A stretch of 64,000 nucleotides of DNA from Setoptus koraiensis (Eukaryota > Animalia > Arthropoda): the NCBI GenBank assembly GCA_048013815.1, contig CM106585.1, positions 11,842,001 to 11,906,000 on the forward strand, in the 5' to 3' direction. A program made the translations under genes and the position numbers. The notes below the pieces were generated by a model that made no database searches, had not been told where the DNA came from, and was given only the letters and a program-made list of their open reading frames with translations. This document shows positions 46,017 through 58,696 of the stretch, piece by piece. Numbering within the stretch: the stretch's first letter is position 1; the number at the start of each line of letters is the position of its first letter.

Positions 46017-47867
46017 ATGGCTCTCCCGGAGGCATCGCCTGTCTCGTCCCTGGGCTCCGAGGAGGAGTGGTCTGAGGACGACGAGGACCTCTTCGATTTC
46101 GAGGGATTGGATGAGACGCCCAAAGATGACGATTCTAGCAGAGATGATGAAGTGTCAGACGACGAAGTTGACCAGATGCTAGATGCTCAACTAATAAAAA
46201 AGGTAAAATTGTCTTCGAAGGATTCCAATGGCGAATGTCAAGTTGCTCGAGTGCCTCATCAGACTCACACAGAAAAGCAAAAACAAGTGCTCAAAAGTAA
46301 GTATAGTCGTTCAAAAACTATTATCCCAATGTAAGCTCATCTGAATACTTGAAAGACTAATATTTGTACATTTTCAGAGAGAGGTCAGGACTATTTTGAA
46401 ATATTACCAGAAGGCTGGATCGAAGTCACCCATTGCAGCAGCATGCCTGTGTATCTTCACAAACAGTCAAGAGTGTGTACTCTTGCTAAGCCTTATCACA
46501 TTGGTCAAGGTAGTGTCAGAAAACATGAAATTCCCATATCTGCCATACCTTGTTTACAATACAGAAGGGAGAAAGAAAAGGAGCTTGAACGGGAAAGAAT
46601 TCAAGCCGAATCTAAAAACAATGTGGCCACTAATATTCAAGTATGCAAGGAAGAGCCCGCAGATGAACCAGTAAACGGTGATAATCATGAACAAGAAACT
46701 GTTGAAAGTAAAGCCATACCATTAGAGACTCATACTATGCAACCTTCCACAAGTCATTCTCTGAATAATGATAATGGTACCTCACCTAGTTTACCAACGA
46801 CGGGAACTTGCGCTGAAGATCTCCAAGATGTTGCAAGAAAGGCAGCTTTAGACCAGGTCCAGGCCAAAGTAGAGACCGTCCAGGATCATAAAAGGGAAAA
46901 ATCTCTGTCGGCGAATGATGTTAAAGACTATTGTGCAAAACTATTTGATTTTGTGGAGATAAAGGTTAGAAAATTCAAGACTTGGGCGGATCGAAGGAGA
47001 CACAACGTAGAATTGAAAAAAGAACGCCAAAGACCTTCTTTACCTGGCTCGACCAAATTGATCACTTGTTCCTTGTCAAACGACAATAACCATAGTGGCA
47101 ATCCAACAGGCAATAGAAAAGAGTTCGTCATGAATCCTGCTGGTAAATCGTACGTTTGTATCTTACATGAATTTATACAACATCGAAACAGAGTTCAGCC
47201 AAAATACGAATACAAAGAACTAGAGAATGCCTCAACTCCGTATAGCGCAACGGTATTTATTAATGATATGGCCTACGGAGTTGGATATGGCAGTAGCAAG
47301 AAACAGGCCAAGTCTGAGGCTGCGAGAAAATCTATAGAGATATTGATACCACAAATGAAGGAAGTGACTGACACGCCAACAAATAAATCAGGCCAAGTAG
47401 AATCCACTCATGATCTTAATTTTTTCGAAAATATTAAAATCGAAGATGACAGAGTCAGTGAACTGTGCGCTAGGGCTAGCCAGCAAACACCATATCAAAT
47501 ATTGGTCGAGTGCCTCAAGAGAAACGCTGGAATTTGCACTACAAATATAGAGCAAAATGTAAGATTGCTTAAGCATCATAAGAATGTGTATACCATGAAA
47601 ATTGGTCAACACGAGGTTAAGATACCATGTAAAAATAAGACCGAGGGCAAACAACGAGCTGCTCAAGCTATATTGCAAAAACTGCATCCCGAGGTAACCT
47701 CCTGGGGCGGCCTCCTTAAAATGTATGGTCGCGGTTCGTGTAAGACACCTAGAGAAAAGAAAGAAGAAGAGCAAAAGATAACAGAATTACAGAGCACCGC
47801 TAGCCCAAATAGGCCCAATTATGCAATCTTAAATAAATTGAAGGAGGAAATGTTAAAACTACAGTGA
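46017..47867 (+). CDS. pasha: Microprocessor subunit Pasha/DGCR8 (589 aa; exons 46017-46296, 46378-47867)
   Basis: Phase-1 intron 46297-46377 (81 nt) joins into the WW region FEILPEGWIEVTH...PVYLHK. Heme-ligand motif AIPCL, dsRBD1 (GKSYVCILHEF...GSSKKQAKSEAA), dsRBD2 (TPYQILVECL...NKTEGKQRAAQ) and C-terminal tail RPNYAILNKLKEEM. Confidence 0.95.
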
Positions 47868-50088
47868 TTAGGAACAAATATAAACAATCTGATCACCCTA
47901 TACGCTAAATATAATATAATGAATAAGTGCGTGATTTAATTAACTTCAAACATCTATCACCCAGACAGATGAATTGACCTATCAAATAAACTACTATTTA
48001 CAACTATTTGTACTTCTTTGTCTTGCTGCAAACTGCTAACACCTTCCAACGTGAGACTTTTAACGTTCTTGAATGGTTCAAATTGATTGAGATCTTGATG
48101 GATACAAGAATTCTTGCTCTATGTGTGTGCTTGTCGTTCGTTGATTTGAGAGATCAACCAAAGCATCCTTACGTGACAGTATTAGATTTTTACATGATTG
48201 TCTAATCCCTGTCCCGTAAGATGCTCCCATTGATCTGGTCATGTTGATTATTAAACTGCATTAATTGTTATAGTTCTCACCGGAATTCACTAATTAACTT
48301 TTAATTTTGTCACAATACGTTATAAATAATCTTTGCATATGAGTAGCAAAACTAATAAAAGCTAATAATAACAAACAATTGTATTTTCTTTCTTACTTTC
48401 TCGTTTCACATTCGCGCTATTAATTAATTGTAATACTAGATTGATTGTTGCAATAACCAATTCTTAAATAGTAACAGATTTGCGCAACAAGTGATATGCG
48501 CAATTATTTTTGTCGTTCCATCATTAGGCGACATGTTTATAAACTAAGTAACTAATAACTTAATGTCGTTGTAGACTTTGTTAGGAGGTGGGGACACAAC
48601 AATTGAGTTGGTGACACGACGAGAAATATTGCACACGATTCCAGTCAAGTTATCGTGTACGATTTATCAGAAGATGATGATGAACATCATCATTATCATG
48701 GTTGGGAGGACGTTGCAAGTAGCTCGATTGAGGGAATACATTTAGAACTTTAGACTAACTTGACTTGTACTATCTCGCTGGCTCTCTTTTTTCAATGCAT
48801 GTCGATTGAACCAAATCAACATATGGCAAAAGCTAAAACACTTGGGCGAGACATGAATAGGAAGACTATAACTGGGATAGTTAAAGTTTTATTTATGCTC
48901 TCATTGGTGTTTCTGCTGACGATGAAAGTTTCGGTCGTCTAACATGTAAGAGTAGCCTACTTTCCCTGACTGTATATCTAATCGACACATGTGTAAAATG
49001 AACGAACAACAAAAATGGCTAAATAATAAACTACTACTACTACAACTACCACCGCGATACATCATAGCTAGACGGATAGATTTTTATACCATCCAACTCT
49101 ACACACATTACGACCACCACACTGTAATAGACTCGATGATGATGATACACGCCAGGGAGTAAGGGAGTATAAGTCGTATTAAAATAAGACTATCATCGTA
49201 CCTCTCTTATATATATATATATATATAAATATATATATTATTATATAACCATTGCTTCCACAGTGAGCGTGGGTTACACCATTGCTATATTTTTTTCACT
49301 TCTATCAGACACAGTGGCAGTGTTGGCGGCAATTCTTTAGTATGAGTCATATCATATAGGCCCAAAAATCTCAATGAGTCTATATAATCAATCTTTCGCA
49401 AATTCAATTCGTTAAATAACAATTTCAGACGAAAATGATGATGATAATAGTAATAATAACTGGCGTTGCTATCAGATAGTTTATAATACATGATCAAGAT
49501 TATATGCCTGCCATGTGCGTCTGTTTTTCGCAAAGCTGCCAAGTGCCGATGACTCGATGTTCATCATGATTTGAATATATATTTATATATTGGTTCCATT
49601 CTATTGATTATTCATAGTTTGAAAGTCAAATAGTAAACGAACCCAGTGGATAATGCTGCTATTACTGTTGTTGCAATAAAAATATTGCTGATTCTAACAG
49701 CCTGCTAAACAAAGCAAGTCGTGTCTATTTCTTGTTTCAGAGTCACGTTGGCGATCAGAATCACTCGCCTATACCTCAATAGAGAGCTCAAAAACCACAT
49801 CTATGATGTACTCTAAATATAAATGATGTCAATTTTTAAAAATCACACTCGCATACGAGAATCTATACAGAATGAAACCGAACAAATACTGTTGACACCA
49901 GTAGATTTGGTCGCAGACGCTTGAAGATGAGAGTAATCTGAATCTGAAAGCATCCAGAAAGTTGCCAAGGCTCGTCAATGCTGCTGGTAAGAAATGAACC
50001 AATGAAAACAATCGATAGCAAATAAAGATCAAATTACATGAGTCTGAGGATAATCATTTTATTTGGCATAAGTATGTGCTCCTCAATT

Positions 50089-53000
50089 CTAATCTGAATC
50101 TTCGTCATCAAAATCTTGCATGGGACCGTGTCGGCCCTCATGGAATATATTCATATCTGATGTGTGCCTCGCTCTAAAGCTTGGGTCATACCTAAATTTC
50201 TCAATGAATTGCATATCAATTGAATCGCAAGATTCAAAACCACTCAGGGTTCCATCCCACGATTCCTCGAACCATTTACATTGATAAATGGTGATACTGG
50301 CCAAATTTTTCACGTAAGGTGTCGTGTCGGAATCAATCAACATCTTGAGACTTTCGAGGCCCCCGTCCTTGTAGAGACGACTACAGTACTTGCCAGGATA
50401 GACTCTGGTTAGGTTAGTTAGAGCCCAGACTGCCCAGTATTGAACTTCCGGGGCGAGGCCAGGTTTTAGTAGTTTAATGATTGGCACAAAAGATCTGTAG
50501 TTGATGCTTCTAGCTTCACAGATTTTCCACCTTGAAATAGCATCTTTCATTTGATTCAGTACGTGTTTCCACGATCGATTATGAAGATATCTGGTCCAGA
50601 ATTCAGGACCTTCAGACATAAGGTGGGCCAAAATACCACAGGCGTTATAACTACATTCGATTTTGTCCACGCTGTTTAAGAGATTTGTGAATCTCAAAAT
50701 GAAGCGCTCCTCCATAAAATGATGTCTTAGATCCGGACACTCGGCTACGTTACCCAAAAGTCCCATAATATTACGAATGAGATCTAAAGGAGAATAGAGC
50801 ATCATAAGATTGCTTTTTAGTAAAGTATCCTCAGGAGAATAAGAAATCTAAATATATTATTGCCTCTACTTACCCTTACTGCCAGGGAATTTATCCATAC
50901 ATTGTTCGAAAATCTCTAGACCTTTTTCACTTAGAAATCGCTTGCAATTAATGGGTGACTCATCTAGTGTGTTTTCGCAGAGAATGGAAAAAGGGTTAAT
51001 GATACAGTCTAAATGTACTTAAACGGTTTGTTCTCTCTAATAGAACTTGAATATAGCTTACCAGTGATGTTCCACATAGTGCTCCAGGCCGCCTCCAGGA
51101 CATCATCACAGCGGTTACCAGCCAATTTGACCTTTATCAACTTAATCATATGGACAATGGCTTCTAGTTCAGCCATCAGGATCTTCTGTTCGCCTCCGAC
51201 TTGGCAAGCCAGTGAGTTCAAGACGGCAACTCCATGCCTTTGCATAATTCCGTCGTCATTGTAATCAGCATTGATGATATGTAATGATATAGAGGCTAGT
51301 CTATAGCATTCGTTTATCCAGGCTTGAGTTTTGAATGTGACTATAAGATTTATCAGAATGAGGGATCCATTGAGTAATATCTGTTGGCATTGTCTGTGAC
51401 AATGCATTGTGTCCAACAGACGGCTAACAATCAGTCTTTTTATTTTGAGACTAAAGTAGTGAATAACTTCATGACTCCGACAAATGCCAAACAACGATGC
51501 AGTTGCAGCAATTTGAACATTTTCATCATAGAGGTGCTGGTGCATCGCATCTAAGACAACATGTATGGCCCTCCTAGTCTCGTCGATTTCAGCTTTGCTT
51601 CGAGAAATGAGAAATAGTTCGTTCAATGCTTTTCTGAGCTGCTCAGGCCTCTTAATGTAGACTTCACACGAGGTAAGTATTTGAGATTCATTAGCATCAC
51701 CGGCAATAGTGATGGCAGGTAGATTGGATATGTATGAGGCATTTTCTTCTGTAGTTAATAATCCAAGGAATTCAAATGGATCATTTTGACGTGTGCTCAG
51801 ACCTGAAATTTCGGGATCTTTGCGACTGACTAGTTGGGTTCCAGATATGTCCAAACTTGTGAGTTTAGGTAGACTTCGAATGATACGTTTAAGAGCACCT
51901 TCAAGATCCTCTTTGACAACATCAGCCTGCTTAATTTGAGATATGTCCAAAACTTTCAATGACTTCAATTTGCATATGTTAACAACTACCTGAGGATAGG
52001 TCATTTCACAATTATAGAGAATCAAAACTCTTAAAGAAGTGAGATTTGTCAAAGGTGAGCCTCCTTCAATTACGGAGTTACTCAGATCAAGATATTGTAA
52101 TGAACTATGCATAGCCGGGGTTATCAATCGGTTAATCATTCCTCCATAAATGAATCTTTCATCTATCAATTTGTGAGCAACCAACTTTCTCAACGCAAGG
52201 TGGCTGCTGAAAGCAGTGTTTACCGAGTCTGGATGACCCGGTAAGATCTTGGATATAGTCTCGCCAAGAATTAAGGTGTGTAGATTTGTGGTTGACGACA
52301 CATGACAATCATCTGTGGTGCGTGAAGACTTCGAGGTGAAATTATTGGAAGTGTTTCTTTTTGTGGCGAGTTGTTTTGGAAGCTTATCATTATCTTGAGT
52401 GGTGTGACTTGTGCCTTTTGATCTCAAGATATTAGGTGTAGAAGATTGACTGAAAGATTGAGCTTTGCCGATCGAGGAGCAAGCAGATATAAAGTCTTTA
52501 CCTTCAAAACTTGCAGCACTATATGATGGTAAAGCTTTTCTTCCCGGAGCTGACGTCCGTGAACAATAGTCGTTAACAAGTAACATACCCATTCTAGAAT
52601 TGGTGGTATTGGTTGGCTGCAAACACAATCTCTTATCTACTGTACCTTCATCATCGTCATCATCATCGTTGTCGTCATCTAATCGACTGCTGTCTTCTAA
52701 ATTATCATCAACATTATCTTCATTAATGTTATCTTGATCATCTATATTATTACTGTTAGAGTAATCTACTGATTCATCTTCTTCATTGAGATTGTCAGCG
52801 CACTTGTTAATATCATCCGTGATATCATCGTAGTTATCATCATAGTCAAAGTCAAGGTCCATGCCATTGTCTGCTCTACCAAAGTTTGTTATGTAGAGCA
52901 TAGGCTTAGAATTCTCCAATAATGATCTATTTGTATTAGCCGGTACACGATTAACAAGTCCGTTACCAACATAAATGTGCTCATATCTGCTATCCTGCTG

Positions 53001-53498
53001 CTGGGCTGTTGACGCATCATCAGATGAAAGGGTACGGTTGTAATTGTGTGACCTAGGCTTCTTTCTCAACATGGCTAAATCTTTGCCTGAGAATATTTCA
53101 TTGAGCTCCTTGAAACTGATAGGCGTCAATTTATTACAATTTGCTATATTGAGATGCACTAATGTTGTCCTGTACCTTTTAACAAAATCGATAAGGAAAT
53201 TATCAGTTATGGGAAGATCGGAGAAATTAATATGACTCAATAATATAAACTCTGGCTTAAATTGTGTGTAGAATTTTTCGCAAGTATCAGTCTCGAGATA
53301 TAGGTTTTCTTTGTTTCTCATTGAGCTCCTAAATTGACGAGCCAGCAGATGGCCCACCTCCCTGGGCAGCCTGATTTGTTCGAGTGGTATTTTGTGATTG
53401 ATTATTTTTCGAGCACAAAGCAACAAGAGAGGCTCCGGCGAGTCCTCGTAGATGCTGTTGTAATGATTTTGGTGCCTTGATTCGCGTGAGGTACACAT
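50089..53498 (-). CDS. zer1: ZER1 / zyg-11-related Cullin-2 substrate receptor (1073 aa; exons 53498-51062, 50963-50874, 50783-50089)
   Basis: N-terminal box DSPEPLLLLCARKI, leucine-rich repeats, and ARM-like part WSTMWNIT|DESPINC...|DLIRNIMGLLGNVAE...YRSF...QYWAVWALTNL. Phase-1 introns of 98 and 90 nt with GTAAG donors. Confidence 0.92.
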
Positions 53499-54749
53499 TA
53501 TGATTGTTGTTGTTGTTATTGTATGTGGAGAATATTGAGACAAATATCGCTCTTGTGAGGGTTATCTACAATGTTTGCTTGTCTTGTTTGCTTGTCAATA
53601 ATGATTGCCTTGTAGGAATGCGTATTTGAACTGATGAAATGACCTAATAGCGTCTATACACATGGATTAATATTGTTGTTTTGATTAGGTGTTGCTTCGG
53701 TGCGGCTAAGAACGATCAATAAATAATGATAATAATAATGATAAAATGAAATATTGTTCAATATTGCGCAATGGCTGGTTGCTCCTGGTTAAAAGGGTTA
53801 TTATTGTTGGATTGTTTTTGCATAGAGTGCATACGGTGTTTACGGCGATCTAAATTACTCCTTTTTGATGCGCGCTTGCAACACAATGGTGTGCGGGTAA
53901 AATATCAATGATGATAACAGTAATGGTGAGCTGGCTCCGTTGTAAGATTGTGCTAATAGATAAATTGTCTCACCACATCAGCATGTACGGCGCTATTTTA
54001 GTATTTCAAGTGCAGACAACAACAACAAACGGCTTCTACTTCTTCTGGAGAGATGTTGTTAGCAGCAGCGGCGGCGGCAGCTGTAGCGTTCGTTTCGTAT
54101 TACAGCAGGCCCACTTGTGACGACTGGCTGATTAGTTTTATATTTGTTGTTGTTGTATTTATTTTTTTTTTTTACTGGATTGCCTGATTTCTTGTGTAGT
54201 GAACACAACTGTGTGTAGTGTAACAGTGTCTAGGTAGTTGTATTGTAGGTTGTATTGTGATAGCAGCAGCAGCTATTAGTAATAGCAGCTCCGACTGTCG
54301 ACGAAATTAGCAATGGAGCAGCGTGTGTGTGTGTGTGTGTGTGTGTTTAAGTCGGTTCCCAGCAACTATTCCGCAAGATGTTTTGTTGTTGTCGCATGTT
54401 CCAGTGTCTCACTGCTGCAACGATGCTGCTCTGATGCCGTCGTTGTTCTTCTTGCTACGCCCCCACAGTCAGACGCCACAAATATTTATTTGTATCTGGA
54501 TATTTTTGTATTTATTCGTATATTAATATGTACATACGAATTGACTCAATATTATTGAGGTTGCGACGCGATGATCTTGAATGTGTGCCACGATACCGAC
54601 TACTGATGAGCGCAGAATTGTTGCCAGAATTTATTTGTCCGATTTCGTCTGAGATGATGCACCGAGTGCATGCAGCAAGCGGCTAGACCGAACGCTGATT
54701 CCAAGGTAATATAGGTGGCGGCGCTTGTTGGATCAATTGCAATTGCTCG

Positions 54750-54805
54750 TACACATTCGATGTATACACATTCGATGTATACACATTCGATGTATACACA
54801 TTCGA
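54750..54805. repeat. 15-bp minisatellite (TACACATTCGATGTA) x3.7
   Basis: Units at 54750, 54765, 54780 and 54795 (partial). Junctions form the palindrome TGTATACA. Confidence 0.92.
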
Positions 54806-55326
54806 AGAGACTGCTCTGCTGTATAATAGAATTAATGGGATACAAGTGGAGTAAAGAAATTCTCTTCCCTGGCGGACCGAGGCAGTTCGACTTTTTTGTT
54901 TTTGTTCTTCGTTCTCTTTCTCTTCTTCTTCTTCTTGTTTGTGTTTTCTTTTTTCGCCGTCTATACTGCCCTGCGAGCACTGCCGATACACTGCACTGTA
55001 TGCGTGTGTTCACATACAGACTGTATCATACAGTGCAGTGTAGATCTGGAGAGAAACAACAACAAGAAAAAATGTTGGCACTCACACAATCTAATGTCGC
55101 AGCGCTTTTCGTGCTGCTCCACTTTAACAATGTGCCAACATTCGCTCGCTGCGCAACCCAAAATCCGCGCGAACACCCCAACAGGCCGGCAAAAAAACCC
55201 TGAATTGCGCACCAGGGTATTCGCCGTCATCTGCCTGTGTGCGGCGCGCCCCCTTTTGATTGCAACTCAAACAACACGATGCACATTCGCACTGCATTCG
55301 GGCGCGAGTCGCCCGACAGTCTGTCG

Positions 55327-55373
55327 CGGTTAAATCCGTCCGGTTAAATCTGTCGCCGGAAGTATTTAACCGG
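55327..55373. promoter_or_regulatory. ETS motif CCGGAAGT enclosed by a perfect 10-bp inverted repeat; candidate zer1 promoter element
   Basis: CCGGTTAAAT 55340-55349 and ATTTAACCGG 55364-55373 flank CCGGAAGT 55356-55363. An extra CGGTTAAAT lies at 55327. Confidence 0.45.
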
Positions 55374-55887
55374 CTCTCGAGAGTCTCGAAACCCGAAAAG
55401 AGCTTACTGAGCTAGCACCTGTCACAATCCAACAATTGTGACTGGCATTGTCGGGCCAAAAGTTGCCAGCCGACACACAAACAGTTTCCGGTTCGATGCT
55501 GCGGATTCGAAAGGTCAGCAATTCGTGGACGGCGACCTGCGGCGGATCGCCGCATCGACGGGGCCAAACAATGATTTCGAATGAGCGTCACAAAAGAAAA
55601 ATATCGTATGGTCGTGTTGTGTGTGGATCATGATCGCTTTTATTAATCGGTCACTTTCTCTCTCTTTGTATTGTAATCGTATTCGTTGGTGAGGCACCTT
55701 GCGCATCGCATAAATGTATCGTGTCGAATACATCAGTCCGATCAATGAGGTATCTTTGTTACGATTACGTGTCTAAGTTAGTGTGTATGCAAAAAAGTGT
55801 GTGTGTGTGTGCGTGTGTGTGTGCTCGATAACTTAATATGCTTAAGATGAAGAAAAAAAAATAGAAATAAACCAGCCACCAGGAATT

Positions 55888-56391
55888 TTATTGTTGCTGT
55901 TGTTGTAACCGATTCATGATATTATTGACCATCCCGTTGGTGTTCTTGGGCATGTTTTGTGCCACTGTGGTCACATTGACACCGGTGACATTTTGTATGC
56001 GACCAAATACGTCCTGCAACTGATGCTGGAGCTTGCGATTTTCCATAAACATGCGACGCAAGTTCTGGGCCATGTCATTCAGAGAATTTGTCACATTATC
56101 GGTCATTGCCTTGTCCATGATGGGCTCCCTAATATTTAGCGCGCCCAGTGAATCACCTAGTGCGTCTTGCCTGTTTGAATTAGCGGAAGTCGCTGGCTTG
56201 TTGGCGAATCTCTTGGATCTTGACTGAATGGACTGGAATGATTCAATGGGATGAGTTTGTTTGTCGTTGCATCTATGACACGAACTCGATGATGACGAAG
56301 CTGCCAAGACGCTAGATCTGTCCGTGGCGCCGCTGTTCAGGCTGACCATGGTCACCAAGAGGATCAACATAAAACTTTTGAGGCCATCCAT
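55888..56391 (-). CDS. Orphan secreted protein, 167 aa, single exon
   Basis: ATG start, hydrophobic signal peptide (MDGLKSFMLILLVTMVSLNSGA), furin site RSKR, three NVT sequons, and a stop codon overlapping AATAAA. No family recognised. Confidence 0.7.
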   Translation of the reverse strand: MDGLKSFMLILLVTMVSLNSGATDRSSVLAASSSSSSCHRCNDKQTHPIESFQSIQSRSKRFANKPATSANSNRQDALGDSLGALNIREPIMDKAMTDNVTNSLNDMAQNLRRMFMENRKLQHQLQDVFGRIQNVTGVNVTTVAQNMPKNTNGMVNNIMNRLQQQQQ

Positions 56392-58696
56392 TTTCGATTA
56401 ATACTGATGTCGATTGAACTACTGGATAGACAAGATGGATATAATTGACTTGCCCGTGGAAAAGTTTTTTCTTTTGCCTATGGTGTGTCAGTGTGGTCTG
56501 GCATGTATGATGGTGTTGATCTAAAGAGATACGTAAACAGAATGAAGACTATCTTTTTAGATGTGTCTCTTAAAAGCACCTTATGTATTTATATCTTATT
56601 ATGTTTCAAGGAACAAACAATATGCTGCCGCTCTCACTCATCTCCGAGAGCCTCCTTTTCAATGTCATGTTGTGTGAGTCACAATTGTTGTCTAAAAGCC
56701 TTAAAATTCTCAACAGATTTTTGCTGTAAACGACAATTTTATCCAATATGATTGATACTATGATATCATGAATATTCAGTTTGCATCGAGCATTGAAAGC
56801 GATTAAAAAGAAAAATGCTTTTGTCAATTGTCAATTGCATGCATTATTCGTGTCATATACTTATGACATTTCCACTTCCTCTTAATAGAAGTTTCAATGA
56901 CGAGGAGATGTCGCTACAGTTTCTGCGATGCGTCATCATAGGCTATTCTGTATGTTCATGCAAAATGGATCGACGGATAGCGAGGAATCAATAAGATGCT
57001 ACAAACGATGAATGCATACTTGATTATGATCAAGCTGTCAGCAATCTCCAAACATTTGAGCAGATTCACTATAAGCTGGCCCGAAACACCGACTCAAAAC
57101 TTCTTCGAAAGAACTTATAGGAGAGTGCGAATAGCCAGAATGGGTGCAATCAAATCACTATTGATACTGAGAGGTAGTGCCAAACGGGTTAATTCAGTTC
57201 ATCCACTCAATCTTTTAATAATCTATTAGTAAAAACGACTTTCCACGTTAGCTATAGATTTAGTTTATTGACCTCTGTTTGATTTCGCGTCTACGAGAAC
57301 CGACCCGTGTGCGACTTGACACGTGATCGGCTGGGCCATGAGAGCACCAGAGATTGAGCAGTGCCTGTGACGATTTCACGAAACAGACCGATACGCAAGA
57401 GGGCCACCAATTTTGGTTCGAAAATGGTCAAGGTCTTGAATCGCAAACTGATTGCTGCTTCAAAAGATCAGTGGTGACAAAAGGTAAATCGCTCGCCTAT
57501 CACTGCACCGAAGCTGTTGATGCTGATTGCTCTAGACTGAAAAATCCAACTCGACCCATATAAATCTTGGTGAATATTCGCATAAGGGCAGCAACTGACA
57601 ATTCGATGGAACATTCTTCTCGTCGCTAATTGGAGTTGTTGACAAGTGTTGAATTCGGTGCCCGGTGCTGACGCACATTGGCCAGCTGGACTGGCGAGAT
57701 AACAAAGTTGCATCCATCGACATGCTATCTCATTGACGCAACACATGACCGTTTGTCTCATTTGCATACGCCTAATATTGGCATACATCACGCCGCTAAT
57801 GTTCGCCACCAATGTCGGACAAATACTTAGCTATGGTGATGACGCGTGCCATTGTTTGACATTACTGAATTTGCTTCCTTGATCGGCATCAAAAAAAAAA
57901 AATATCTTTTTGCACCTGATTTGAGTACTGCCAGCTCAACCTGTTGATGCAATTCTTGGTTTGAGTGACGTCAAACTAGATAAGAAAGTGTCTCCCACCA
58001 GAGATGTCCTTGCGCCCATTGTAACAACATCACTCTCCCTGTCTATAGTTGCCTCTAAATTTGATCCGGCAACGTTGACATGCTGATTTGCGTTGGCGTC
58101 TATTTGATAGTCAACAATAACAAAAATTTGTTATTCATTGTTCGTGAATAATCAATTGCTAGTTGGCAAGAAAAATGGGTATGAGATTTTATGGCTCGTA
58201 TCTTTAGCGACTCATGCTTACAGCCTGAGAGTTTCCGGGAACTGCTCGTGTTTCTTCAATAAAATAATAATCCATTTTCGGTGTATTCAAAACTGTTGCT
58301 AATGTCAGACTGGAGTTGAGTAAACACGACGAGCATACACATATATACACAGCCTTTTGACGAGTGCAAGCTGTCGATTTTCGGTGCTGTGTATAAACTT
58401 GTTATTGACGGCTGATGGACAAACTCGAACATTGATACATCTTTAATATTGTATTAGCATAAAAGGTAATTTTGAGGCGGATCGCGAACGCACTTCACTA
58501 GTCAGTTTCACTAGTTAACCAAGTGGCACGACAAGAGTTGAGAGTTAGTAGTAGTCTCCGCCGGCAGCAACAACTCGACCGAAATTGATAGCAACAAAAA
58601 AAGTTAAACTTGAGTTTTCGGGCTCCATCAAATTTTTGTATATCACAGTAAGCTCATCGGACAACATTATCAAGATCAGACTCAAACACAACGACA

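Noticed and set aside
54230-54270. let-7-like sequence (GTAGGTTGTAT)
   Set aside because: The TGAGGTAG seed is not contiguous, no hairpin is evident, and the context is a simple GT-rich repeat.
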